Shown here: positions 16,909 to 26,042 of the stretch, piece by piece
How positions within the stretch are numbered: position 1 is the first letter of the stretch
Layout: each line of letters begins with the position of its first letter
IMG/VR virus record: IMGVR_UViG_3300049142_000128
Span: 13,128 to 77,127 of that record
Strand: one strand, 5' to 3'
Source of the DNA: a virus
Lineage: Duplodnaviria > Caudoviricetes
Length of the DNA stretch: 64,000 nt
Program-made: the position numbers and the translations under genes
The notes under the pieces: model-generated
Told to the model about the DNA's origin: nothing
The model's database searches: none
The model's input: the letters and a program-made list of their open reading frames with translations, nothing else

Positions 16909-18674
16909 GGTCGCTCCCGGTTCGCGCTGAGGTCCCACTTCTCCTGGTGAGCCTTCGGGTTCCGGAGCTTCTCGAGGTCCTCGATGTGGGCGCGCTCGAA
17001 TGTGGCGCGGGCGTCCTCGCACGGGCCCTTGTAGGCCTGGAACTGCGCTCCGAGCCGAGCGGCGAACTCCCCGGCCGCGGGGTAGAGGAAGAACTCCTCG
17101 GTGTTCCGGGCGCCCTGCGTGGTCAGCATGGCCGAGATCGCGTCGACCAGTCCCGGCATGCCCTCGTACCAGTCGATGACGCGCAGCGCGTTGTCCGGGG
17201 AGTAGGCCTGCGCGGCCTGCGCGCACGCCTCGATGACCGCGGCGAACGGGTTGTGTCCGGACACCGGGGCGGAGCCGAGCTGGGTGCCGCGGCTGGCGCG
17301 AAGGCCGGTCGCGTTGATCTTCGGGCGGCGGCGCATGGGCATCGTGTCTCCGAGGGGTCGTCTCGTTCCGGTGGTCGCCGGCTTCAGCGCGTTGTCGATC
17401 GCCTTCCGCGCGATCGCGGACGTGCCGCGCTGGCCGGTGTGCTGCTGCTTCGTCCTCGGCTTGCGGTGGCGATGCGGGCGGGCGGTGTGCCGCCCGGCGA
17501 GGTAGCCGAGGATGCGGCGGATCCCGGCGAGGCGCCCGCCGCTCGACCGCTGCCCGGCCGGCAGGCTTCCGCGCCCTCGGCGCTGACCGCCGCTGCCGGG
17601 AAGGGTGCCGCGGCCCGACCGCTGCCCGCCGCTGCCAGGCAGAGTTCCGCGTCCAGTGCGGCCGACGAGCGACCTCGGGCGGGTCCCGTTGGCTCGCCAT
17701 GCCTTCGCGAGGCGCCGGGCACGGGCGAGGTTCCCCAGCCGTCCCGCCGCGCCAGCCAGACCCCCGGAGCCGCGCCACCCGCGACCCGACCTCGGACGGC
17801 TCGACGTCGGGGCGCCGCCGCGCGAGCGCCGTCCCGTGGGGCCCGGGGACGAGGAGCGGCGACGACCTGCGACGGGGCGCCCCGAGCCGGTGCGTCCGGG
17901 GCGGCCGCCGGTGAGCAGCCGCCGCAGCGCCGCGCCAGGCCCGGAGCGCGACCCGCCGTTGCGGCTTCCGGCCCCGCCCCCGCGGCCTCCGCCGCTCGTG
18001 CGCCCGGCCTTCCCGACAGGGCGCCCCTTGCCCGCGGTGCTGCCGCCGCCGCGGCCCAAGCCGCGCAGCCCGCCCAGCAGGCCGCGGCCCTTCCCCAGGC
18101 CACCGCCTCGCGACAGGCCGCCGCGCCCGTTCGACCCGGCCCCGGCCGAGCGCCCTGCGCCGGCGGAGCGGCCCGCACCGGTGGATCGCCCCGCCCCGGT
18201 ACCGGTACGCGGCGAGGCGCCCTTCCTCGAGGCGCCGCCGCGGAGCCCGAGTCCGCCCAACGCGCGGCCGAGCCCGAGCCCACCACCTCGGCGCCCTGAG
18301 CCGGGCGCGCCGCCGCGCGAGTTCGCGGTTCCGCGACGAGCGGCCGCACCCTGGCCGAGCCCGAGGCTCGGAATCCGGGCCGAGAGCCCACCGCGCCCGG
18401 CCTGTCGGGCGGCGCGGTGAGCACGACGCAGCTCCCGCTCTGCGACGCGGAGCCGGTTCTTCGCCTCCTTCGCGGCCAGCTCGTGCGGAGAGCGGTTGCG
18501 GTCGCGCATCGCGGCGACGCCTGCGCCAGCCGCGGCCACACCCGCGGCAGCGAGGAGACCGACCGGGCCGAACACGGCACCGGTCGACGCAACGGCAGAC
18601 GCGGCGGCCGGAGTGGCGAGCTCCCAGGCCTGCCGCGTCATCAGCGGGGGCGGCTTCTCGACGTCGCTCATCAC
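16905..18674 (-). CDS. TraA-like protein (Gly/Arg-rich centre, conserved C-terminal domain)
   Basis: C-terminal FERAHIEDLEKLRNPKAHQEKWDLSAN resembles proteins encoded upstream of traB in Streptomyces plasmids. Confidence 0.6.
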   Translation of the reverse strand: MMSDVEKPPPLMTRQAWELATPAAASAVASTGAVFGPVGLLAAAGVAAAGAGVAAMRDRNRSPHELAAKEAKNRLRVAERELRRAHRAARQAGRGGLSARIPSLGLGQGAAARRGTANSRGGAPGSGRRGGGLGLGRALGGLGLRGGASRKGASPRTGTGAGRSTGAGRSAGAGRSAGAGSNGRGGLSRGGGLGKGRGLLGGLRGLGRGGGSTAGKGRPVGKAGRTSGGGRGGGAGSRNGGSRSGPGAALRRLLTGGRPGRTGSGRPVAGRRRSSSPGPTGRRSRGGAPTSSRPRSGRGWRGSGGLAGAAGRLGNLARARRLAKAWRANGTRPRSLVGRTGRGTLPGSGGQRSGRGTLPGSGGQRRGRGSLPAGQRSSGGRLAGIRRILGYLAGRHTARPHRHRKPRTKQQHTGQRGTSAIARKAIDNALKPATTGTRRPLGDTMPMRRRPKINATGLRASRGTQLGSAPVSGHNPFAAVIEACAQAAQAYSPDNALRVIDWYEGMPGLVDAISAMLTTQGARNTEEFFLYPAAGEFAARLGAQFQAYKGPCEDARATFERAHIEDLEKLRNPKAHQEKWDLSANRERP

Positions 18675-18883
18675 GCCGCCACCGAGTTGAGGGCGGACAC
18701 GACGCCGTCCCAGGCGCCTGAGATCAGGCCCTGGGCGCCGCTGTAGATCGCATCACCGGCGTCGGTGTCAGCGGCGCCGACACCGATGCAGAAGATCGAG
18801 AGGATGGTGACCCACGCCCAGCCGCGCCAGAGGCCGACCGCTGCGATGATCGCGAAGACGATGATCCACGGGAGGCCGGCCAT
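18671..18883 (-). CDS. Small membrane protein (Spd-like)
   Basis: Two hydrophobic helices; ATGA-coupled to the next gene. Confidence 0.65.
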   Translation of the reverse strand: MAGLPWIIVFAIIAAVGLWRGWAWVTILSIFCIGVGAADTDAGDAIYSGAQGLISGAWDGVVSALNSVAA

Positions 18884-18917
18884 CACACGGCCCTACGCGG
18901 GAGGAGCAGAAAGCCGG

Positions 18918-19154
18918 CTACTGCCGCTCGAGGTAGAGCTTCGCCCACCGCCGGGCGTTGGACTGTGCGATGCCGGTCTGCGCTTCGATATCTCGCCAGG
19001 ACAGCCCGCGGGCCCGCATGGCGACCATGAGCGCGCCCCGAGTGGACATGAGTGCCGAGTTGTCCGCGACGCCCCGTGCACGCTCGATCAACTCGGGCAA
19101 CGGCACCTCCGCCATCGGATCGGGCGGCGCACCTTCCTCGGGGTCGGTCGGCAT
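18918..19154 (-). CDS. Small HTH DNA-binding protein
   Basis: RARGLSWRDIEAQTGIAQSNARRW HTH at the head of the tra cluster. Confidence 0.7.
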   Translation of the reverse strand: MPTDPEEGAPPDPMAEVPLPELIERARGVADNSALMSTRGALMVAMRARGLSWRDIEAQTGIAQSNARRWAKLYLERQ

Positions 19155-19540
19155 GATCGAGGACCCTAGCTGGCGCCCGGGTGGTCTCCATGACGCACGA
19201 GTGTGCCATTTTTGGCACACCAGCGGCAAACGACCCCCGCGACCACCGCTCAGCGGCTCAGGGTGACGTGGGTCCGCACTCGGCCAGCCGCACGGCCTCG
19301 AGGCGGCCAGCGCGATGAACCCCGGACGAAGGAGCCCGGCGGTGCACTGGTTGTGAGCCTTGGAGCACCGCCGGGCCTGGGCGGACAAGCCGCCCACCTG
19401 TCGACCGCTCAACGCCATGCCCTCGTTAACAGGAGTCGGCGTGATCCACTCCATAGGGGACACCCGTAACGTCGCTGAGGCGCTGCAGAGCCGCCCCGCC
19501 AGGCTGCATCGGCCAGGCGGGGCGCCCACGCGATCGATGT

Positions 19541-19771
19541 CTACCGGGCGCCGGGCAGGAAGCTCGTCGTCCCCTTGTCCCCGGCCGGGGCGGACACGAT
19601 CGACGTCAGCAGCGAGAGCGCCGCGGCGCCGGCAGCGAGGCCGAACGTCGGGCCGAGGTCGACCTCGATGATGTTGAAGCCCTCGTCGGCACCCCAGAGC
19701 AGCAGGAGCGCCTGGGCAGCGGACTTGACGGCCCGGTCGACAGCACCGGTCCAGAAGGCGGCGGTGAGCAT
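19541..19771 (-). CDS. Holin (r1t-like)
   Basis: FWTGAVDRAVKSAAQ...LSLLTSIVS. Confidence 0.85.
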   Translation of the reverse strand: MLTAAFWTGAVDRAVKSAAQALLLLWGADEGFNIIEVDLGPTFGLAAGAAALSLLTSIVSAPAGDKGTTSFLPGAR

Positions 19772-19856
19772 GGCGGGGTTCCCTTCGTTGTGGCCCGGGT
19801 CGTCGACCCGGTCGTGCGCGCCCATCAGGCCGGTCCTTCGGGCGGGATCTGGGAGG

Positions 19857-20678
19857 TCATCGCGGTTGCCCCTCGAGCGCGATGACCGCGCCGTCGGGGG
19901 CGTCGTAGACGACGTTGACCTGCGTGGTTCCGTCCGGTGCCTCGCGCCAGTCGCGGGACGACCAGCCCTCGCGGAAGATCACCGAGAGCCGGTGGTCGGC
20001 GATGCCGCCGCCGTCGGACTGGAAGAAGACGTGCGCCTTCGCTCCGGCCGGGCCTTCGGCGACGAGGGACACCCAGGCGCGGGCAAGGACCGCGCTGGCG
20101 CGGCCGACGGGGAGGATGCGGCGGAACGAGCCCGAGCCGCGGACGGGGATGTTGTCGAGCATGTCGAGGTCCTTCGGGTGAGCGGCGGGAGCGACAGGAG
20201 CAGCGGGAGCTGAGGGCGTCCGCGCGTAGGCCGGGCGGGCGAAGCCGACGATGTTGGCGAGGCGTCGCTTCCGGGCGACCATGCCGCCGTTGCGCTGGTC
20301 CCCGGATGCGGTTCCGGCGGTGTTGCCCTCGATCGTGACCAGCGTTCCGCCGGGCTCGACGCCCTCGACCAGGCCGACGTGGTTGACCGGGTTCTTGTTG
20401 CCGGGGAACTTGAAGAACACCAGGTCACCGGGCTGCGGGTTGCGGGTGTGCCACTGCCCCCGGCTCTGGTACCAGTCCCTCATCAGCACGGTGCTCGCCG
20501 TCTTCGGGACGAGTGGGGCGCAGCCGGCCTCGGTGAGCACCCACCACACGAACTGGGCGCACCAGGCGACGCCGTCCCAGCCGTAGGCGCGGCCGTACTT
20601 CTGCCGGTTGCTGCCGTGCGGCTGCTCGACGGTGCCGAGCTCGCCGCGGGCGACCTCGAGGACGCGGGCGACGGTCAC
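19857..20678 (-). CDS. Endolysin, CHAP domain
   Basis: AWCAQFVWW (Cys), NHVGLVE (His), TIEGNT. Confidence 0.88.
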   Translation of the reverse strand: MTVARVLEVARGELGTVEQPHGSNRQKYGRAYGWDGVAWCAQFVWWVLTEAGCAPLVPKTASTVLMRDWYQSRGQWHTRNPQPGDLVFFKFPGNKNPVNHVGLVEGVEPGGTLVTIEGNTAGTASGDQRNGGMVARKRRLANIVGFARPAYARTPSAPAAPVAPAAHPKDLDMLDNIPVRGSGSFRRILPVGRASAVLARAWVSLVAEGPAGAKAHVFFQSDGGGIADHRLSVIFREGWSSRDWREAPDGTTQVNVVYDAPDGAVIALEGQPR

Positions 20679-21070
20679 ACCGTCTCCCCGAACGGCCGCC
20701 AGCCCGGGTCCTGCGGAGGCTGGTGCAGCACCTCGTCGACCGGCCCGATCTTCGGGGTGTTGACGATGTCGAGTTCGCGGTCGTACGCGGTGAGGTCGTC
20801 CTGCCCGAGCTCGGTGGGCGGGACGCGGGGGCCGGTGGTGTCGCCGCCGCGAGCTACGGCGGGCTGGATCCTCGTCGCGGCGACGTCACGGTCCGGGTGT
20901 GGTGCGGCGCCGAGCAGCTGCCGCAGCGGGTCGGCCGGCAACGGGTCTGGGACGTCGACGCCGGTCTCGACGGCCAGCTCGGTGTAGATCGGCACGTCGG
21001 AGCGGCGCACCCGCTCCCGAGCCTCGTCTTCGGGCTCGTGGGGGGCGGTGTCACCGAGGGGATCGGACAT
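20675..21070 (-). CDS. Hypothetical protein
   Basis: SD GGAGG; coupled to the lysin. Confidence 0.6.
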   Translation of the reverse strand: MSDPLGDTAPHEPEDEARERVRRSDVPIYTELAVETGVDVPDPLPADPLRQLLGAAPHPDRDVAATRIQPAVARGGDTTGPRVPPTELGQDDLTAYDRELDIVNTPKIGPVDEVLHQPPQDPGWRPFGETV

Positions 21071-21335
21071 GTCGGCGCACCTCCCTCGCGTTGCTCCGCC
21101 GCTGGAACGGGATGACCAGCGGCCGGTAGCGGCGCGGCGGAGCAGGCAGAGGCCGGATCTGGCGCTGCTGCGCGTCGAAGCAGGCGGCCCAGTCGTCGGG
21201 CAGCCGCGGCGCGGCCCATGGCTGGATGAGCCGGAGGACGCGAAGCCCCTCCTCGACGCTGGCGCGCGGTCGATCGGCGGGGGCCGGTGGACGGCGCAGG
21301 CCAGGCGTGGTCCGGCCGGGGAACACGCGGGTCAT
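21051..21335 (-). CDS. Possible hypothetical protein
   Basis: ATGA overlap with the sortase stop; Pro/Arg-rich. Confidence 0.35.
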   Translation of the reverse strand: MTRVFPGRTTPGLRRPPAPADRPRASVEEGLRVLRLIQPWAAPRLPDDWAACFDAQQRQIRPLPAPPRRYRPLVIPFQRRSNAREVRRHVRSPR

Positions 21336-21949
21336 GGCAGCTCTCCGGCGAGGCGGGCGTAGACGACCCAGTTGTCGCGGTAGTGGCCTTCTCCGTGGTC
21401 GAACTCGCCGCCGCAGGTGATGAGCCGCAGCTCCGGGCCCGTGGTGTTGCCGTATACGCGGGAGGTCGGGAACGCGTCCTTCGGGTAGCGCTCGAGGCGG
21501 TCGACGAGGAACCGCAGCGTCGAGGCGCCGTCGCGCGTCACGAACACCTCGTCGCCGGGGCGCAGCTCGTGCAGCCGGTAGAAGATCCCGGGCTGGCCCT
21601 TGCGGCCGCCGATCTCGCCGTCGACGTGCCCCGCGATGACGGCCGGCCCGACCTCGCCGGGCAGAACCTCGTCGCCCTCGAACGCCGGGTCCGGGCCGGC
21701 GTAGTAGCCGGCCTGCATCGGCTGGTCGGTGGGGGTTGGGACGAGCTCGCCGGTGGCCGGGTCGAGCCCGAGCGGCACCAGCGTCGAGCGGGCGTCGATG
21801 GCGGGGATCGTGATCTCCGTCGGGACGACGGCCGGCACCGGGATGGTGGCGGTCGGAGCCCCGGACGACTGCGCGGGCGGCTCGTCGGGCGCGATGGCGC
21901 ACCCGACGAGCAGCACGGCGCCCGCGAGCAGGGTGACGAGCCGGATCAA
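21332..21949 (-). CDS. Class F sortase
   Basis: N-terminal signal/anchor, ITIPAID, AVIAGHVD, LRLITCGG...YRDNWVVYA. Confidence 0.9.
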   Translation of the reverse strand: MIRLVTLLAGAVLLVGCAIAPDEPPAQSSGAPTATIPVPAVVPTEITIPAIDARSTLVPLGLDPATGELVPTPTDQPMQAGYYAGPDPAFEGDEVLPGEVGPAVIAGHVDGEIGGRKGQPGIFYRLHELRPGDEVFVTRDGASTLRFLVDRLERYPKDAFPTSRVYGNTTGPELRLITCGGEFDHGEGHYRDNWVVYARLAGELP

Positions 21950-22692
21950 GCTGGGCCGCCGCCGGTGTCGACCCCACCGGTGGGCGGGGTGCCGATCTGG
22001 TCGAAGTCGTCGTCATCGTCGTCGGCCGGGGCGGTGTCCTGCCCGGGCTCGCAGGCGACCCGGTCGCCGTCGCTGTCGATGCCGTGCGGGTCCTCTCCCG
22101 GGGTCTCGTCGAGCACGTCCTGCGCGCTCCGGCCGTCGCGGAGTGGGAAGTCGATGCAGTTGAAGTCCGGGTCGGGGTTCGGCTTCGGGTCGGGCTCGTC
22201 GCAGGCGCCGACCTGTACGCGCAGGGCGGCGTCGAGCGTGGCCTGGGCCTTGGCGAGCACGTCCTGGGCGGCCTTGAGCGCGGTCGCGGCGGTGTCGTGC
22301 ACCGTGGTCAGCTCGAGCACCTTGACGATGGCGGCGATGCGCGCGTTGACCGATGCCAGCAGCTCGATGTTGCCGATGACGTCCGGGTCGTCGCGGCGGT
22401 CCTCCAGCCGGGCCCGCTCCTGGGCGGTCGGCGCGGCGAGGTTGTCGCCGAGCTTGTTGTAGGCGGCGACCGCCGTGTCAAGGTCGGCCTTCGCCCGCTT
22501 CGCCTTCTGCTCGAGGTCGGACGGGACCTTCGCCTCGTCGCGGGCGGCGAGCGCGACCGCGACGGCGGCCTTGGCCTCGATGCACGCCCTGCTGTCGGGG
22601 CCGGTGTCGTCCTGCGCGAGCGCGGCGGTGGTCGAGCCGAGCAGCCCGATCACCACGGCCGCCGCGATCGAGACCGCGTGGGTGAACTTCAC
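21946..22692 (-). CDS. Secreted sortase substrate with coiled coil and excalibur-like Ca-binding domain
   Basis: Signal peptide, DFNCIDF...DPHGIDSDGDRVACE, C-terminal PPTGGVDTGGG. Confidence 0.75.
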   Translation of the reverse strand: MKFTHAVSIAAAVVIGLLGSTTAALAQDDTGPDSRACIEAKAAVAVALAARDEAKVPSDLEQKAKRAKADLDTAVAAYNKLGDNLAAPTAQERARLEDRRDDPDVIGNIELLASVNARIAAIVKVLELTTVHDTAATALKAAQDVLAKAQATLDAALRVQVGACDEPDPKPNPDPDFNCIDFPLRDGRSAQDVLDETPGEDPHGIDSDGDRVACEPGQDTAPADDDDDDFDQIGTPPTGGVDTGGGPA

Positions 22693-22877
22693 GGGGTGGT
22701 CCTCCGTGGGATGAGGCGGGCCAGGGCCCGACGGATCCGGCCCGGCTCACGCACGGGCCGGTAGTCCGGGCAGACGGCGCGGCCGCATCGCGAGCAGTCG
22801 TCGCCCTCCCGGTAGTGCTCGTGCGCGCCCGCGTTGTGGCCGCACCGGCAGAGCGGCCAGGCGTCGGGGCGGGTCAC
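22689..22877 (-). CDS. Small Cys/His-rich protein
   Basis: CRCGHNAGAHEH...CSRCGRAVC. Confidence 0.6.
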   Translation of the reverse strand: MTRPDAWPLCRCGHNAGAHEHYREGDDCSRCGRAVCPDYRPVREPGRIRRALARLIPRRTTP

Positions 22878-22916
22878 GACGCGGACCGTGCAGCCTGGCG
22901 GGCGTGCTGGGAGGGC

Positions 22917-22927
22917 AGTCGCGTGTC
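22917..22927 (-). promoter_or_regulatory. Late-region motif GACACGCGACT
   Basis: 26 nt before CACGGT; downstream GTG at 22877 lies 8 nt from the final T. Confidence 0.65.
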
Positions 22928-24377
22928 AGGCGGCGAGGAGGAACCGGCCGGGCTCGGGGCCGGTCGGCCCGGGTTGGATCAGCTCGAGGTGCGTGATCGT
23001 GCCGATCGCCGCGCCGGAGCTGCCGGACGCGACGGTCGTCTTGTTGTACGGGCCGGCCTTCAGGTAGCAGACCGTGGTGTCCTCGGTGAACTCCGAGACC
23101 GCCCAGTCGTGCTGCGGAGTCGTGGGGAGGTCTGCGACCTCGCCGATCGCCGCCCATAGCTGGATCCGCGCGCTGTCGATCCGGATCCGGTAAGTGATCT
23201 TCGTGGTGGCTGTCAGGCCGGTCAGGACGTTCGACAGGCCCGGGCCGTCCTTGTAGACCCTCAGCCTCGGACTCGCCACGTGGTGCTCGACGGCGAGGTA
23301 GAGCGGCGGGGTGCCGGACGGGCCGTGGATCTGCCCGACGATCATCTCCTTGCGGGGCGTGGTCCCACCGGTGATGGACGTCGGGTCCCAGATGCCCGTG
23401 ACGGTCAGCTGGCGGAAGCCGGTCGTGGCCGCGTTCCAGTCGGTGTTGCCCATCTCGCGGAACTCGCGGCGCGTCGAGGAGCTGCCACCGGTGGTCGCGC
23501 CGACGACCGGGGCGATCATCACCATGCGGTTCTGGGCGTCGAGGTAGAAGCCCGCGTCGGTGTAGGTGGCGAGTTCGGGCTGCTCGACCTCGTCGGCCCC
23601 GCTCGCGCCGGTGGGGAGGGTGAGCTTCCAACGGCTCAAGTCGAAGACGGCGCCAGGTGGGTCGGCCAGCTCTTCGCGGCCGAACACCGCGACGGCCACG
23701 CCGATCTGGTCACCGGTGCCGGCGTTGAGCGTGAAAGTCGTGCTCGTGCTCTGCCCCGCAGGGATGTCCTTCACAGCGACGTAGCAGCCGGCGCTGCCTC
23801 CCCCGGATCCGGCCGGCCAGGCCGGGTTGTAGCCGCCCGGCTTCGTGTAGCTGTCGGAGAACGTCGGCGAGGTGCGGGCAGCCTCGTTCCCGAGGGCCGA
23901 CATGGAGTCGATCACCCCGACCGCGACGGCGCGACCGTCGTGCTCTGCGACATCCGTCGTCCCGGACGCGGCCGAGGTGCGGCTCGCGTCGTTGTACGCC
24001 GGGGAGGCCTTCGCCAGCACCAGCCACGGGCCGGCGCCGTCGTCGACGAGCTCCTCGCCGTACCCGGTGTTCCCGGTGTTCGAGTTCGCACCAGTGGTGG
24101 CGGTGATCGTGGTCTCGCCGCCGACGGCGACCTTCCAGGCGATGTACAACGACACGTTCGTGCCCGGCACGGCGACCTCGAGGTGCCAGGGGTTCGCGCC
24201 GCCGTTGTTGCCGATGTTGTCGGTCACGGAGAGCGTGCCGGTGTTCTTGTCGCCGGCGAGGTAGATCGCGATCAGGTTCCCGGCCGCGCACGCCTGCGTG
24301 AACAGGTAGGTGTTGGTCGGCGACGTGAGCGATGGCTGCGTCGAGGTCGTTGCCTGCCGCTGCGTCGGGTAGCTCAT
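22926..24377 (-). CDS. Tail-associated protein with C-terminal polysaccharide lyase family 7-like domain
   Basis: FDLSRWKLTLP, TRREFREM, VGQIHG, YLKAGPYNK. Confidence 0.75.
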   Translation of the reverse strand: MSYPTQRQATTSTQPSLTSPTNTYLFTQACAAGNLIAIYLAGDKNTGTLSVTDNIGNNGGANPWHLEVAVPGTNVSLYIAWKVAVGGETTITATTGANSNTGNTGYGEELVDDGAGPWLVLAKASPAYNDASRTSAASGTTDVAEHDGRAVAVGVIDSMSALGNEAARTSPTFSDSYTKPGGYNPAWPAGSGGGSAGCYVAVKDIPAGQSTSTTFTLNAGTGDQIGVAVAVFGREELADPPGAVFDLSRWKLTLPTGASGADEVEQPELATYTDAGFYLDAQNRMVMIAPVVGATTGGSSSTRREFREMGNTDWNAATTGFRQLTVTGIWDPTSITGGTTPRKEMIVGQIHGPSGTPPLYLAVEHHVASPRLRVYKDGPGLSNVLTGLTATTKITYRIRIDSARIQLWAAIGEVADLPTTPQHDWAVSEFTEDTTVCYLKAGPYNKTTVASGSSGAAIGTITHLELIQPGPTGPEPGRFLLAA

Positions 24378-24378
24378 G

Positions 24379-26040
24379 TCAGGTCGCGGTCACCGCGGCG
24401 GCGAGCAGAGACCACGCCGCCAGGTCGGCCGAGTACTCGACGGAGGCCCGCAGCATCTGCCCCAATGGCACGGAGTAGGGCCCGCGGCTGACGCCAGTCG
24501 AGGTGCGGATCGCGCTGGCGAACGTGACGGCGCGGGTTGCGCCGGACGCGGGGATCGTCAGCTGCAGGACCTGCCCGTCCCGGGCGCCGGTCGTGGACAC
24601 GCCGAGGGCGGTCACATCGGCGGTGGCGACCATCTTGACGCGGTCGCCTTCCTGCGTCGGGTCGATGGACGGGGTGGCGGAGAAGACGACGGTGCGGGGG
24701 ATCTTCGTGCCGTCCTCGTCGAGCACGATGGTGGCGGGGTGGATGAACCGGGCCGGGGACATCCAGCCGTCAAGCGGGTCGGTGAGGTTGCCGGCCATCC
24801 GGATGTAGAGGCTGCGGCCGGTATCGCCGGACTCGCCGAGGCGCCACGCCTGCGTCTTCCGGGTCGGCGGGGCGCTCGTCCGGTTGAGGTTGGAGTGGCA
24901 GCCCACAACGGTGACCATGGCGTTGAGCTGGCCGCTTCCGGCGCGGAGGTGGAAGTTCGTGAGCCGGCCGGCTGCTGGGTTGTCGCTCTGGCTGGAGGAG
25001 ACCTTGATGTTCGACAGGGTCGAGCCGCGGCCGCGGAGGAACTCGCACTGGAGGCCCGCGTAGTTGTCCGCCGCGGTGTCGTTGTTGCCGTAGTTCTCGA
25101 TGTACCAGCCGTCGAGGTCGGTCGCGTAGCAGGCGAGGAGCCGGGCGGCGTCGTCGCCGATCCCGTACATGTGGACGTCGCGCATCGACCAGCCCGCGGC
25201 GCGGGCGAACTCGAACCCGCGTCCGCCGCCGACCGCTCCCCCGCCGGCGATCCAGCAGCCGAGCAGGTGGCCGTCCTGGTTCGCGGCGCCCCCGTTGCCG
25301 GCCGAGGTGAAGGACTGCTGCAGGATCCCGGTGGCTCCGGCTGCGGAGGCGTTGATGCGGATGTTGCGCAGCACGTTCTCGGAGTGGCTGTTCTCCGTGA
25401 CGGTGGTGCCGTCGATCCCGCGGTTGGCGAGCAGGATCGCGGCCGCGCTCGAGACGTTCGCGACGCCGGTGCCGGTGCAGTTGTGCACCTGCAGGTCGTC
25501 GAACAGGGACCAGAAGTGGAAGACGACCAGGCCGTGGGAGCCGACCTTGCCGGCGCAGTCGATGTCCAGCCCGGCGACGACGACTGGGGAGTCGCACAGC
25601 GTCGCGTTTGCGAGGTAGCCCTGCGCGGCGACGAGCGGCTGCCCGGCCGGGAAGCTCGGCCCGGCCACGAGCCGGGTGAGCCGCGCCCGCCCGCCGGCCC
25701 CGAGGAGCCGCTGGTTGGGCCGGATGACGAGGGTCTCCTCGAGCACGAGCTCGGCGCCGGCCGGGCGGGGGCCCAGCCAGATCGTCGACCCGGGCGGTGC
25801 GGCCGCCGATGCGGCGTTGATCGCTGCCGCGGTGGTCATCCCCGAGCAGTCGACGACGCCGCCGAGGCCTGCGTCCTGCCACGCGAACGCGAAGTCCGCA
25901 GGCGAGGTCTTGCGCAGCACCTGGCCCGTGTTGCCGCCGGGCGGCGGGGTTCGCGCGGTGACGAACTGCCGCGGGACGGCGTGCAGGTCCGCGGTGGGGT
26001 CCCCGGGGAGCTGGACGGGGGCGAGGAACGGGCGGGCCAT
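24379..26040 (-). CDS. Tailspike-like beta-helix (pectin-lyase fold) protein
   Basis: AAINAA...TIWL...TLVIRPNQRLLGAG entry motif followed by beta-helix-like repeats. Confidence 0.7.
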   Translation of the reverse strand: MARPFLAPVQLPGDPTADLHAVPRQFVTARTPPPGGNTGQVLRKTSPADFAFAWQDAGLGGVVDCSGMTTAAAINAASAAAPPGSTIWLGPRPAGAELVLEETLVIRPNQRLLGAGGRARLTRLVAGPSFPAGQPLVAAQGYLANATLCDSPVVVAGLDIDCAGKVGSHGLVVFHFWSLFDDLQVHNCTGTGVANVSSAAAILLANRGIDGTTVTENSHSENVLRNIRINASAAGATGILQQSFTSAGNGGAANQDGHLLGCWIAGGGAVGGGRGFEFARAAGWSMRDVHMYGIGDDAARLLACYATDLDGWYIENYGNNDTAADNYAGLQCEFLRGRGSTLSNIKVSSSQSDNPAAGRLTNFHLRAGSGQLNAMVTVVGCHSNLNRTSAPPTRKTQAWRLGESGDTGRSLYIRMAGNLTDPLDGWMSPARFIHPATIVLDEDGTKIPRTVVFSATPSIDPTQEGDRVKMVATADVTALGVSTTGARDGQVLQLTIPASGATRAVTFASAIRTSTGVSRGPYSVPLGQMLRASVEYSADLAAWSLLAAAVTAT

Positions 26041-26042
26041 CG

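Noticed and set aside
16909-17778. N-terminal extension of TraB given in the ORF track (also extensions of the 4038, 34867, 51562 and 61147 ORFs)
   Set aside because: They overlap the upstream real genes in another frame; coupled ATGA/GTGA starts give better boundaries.
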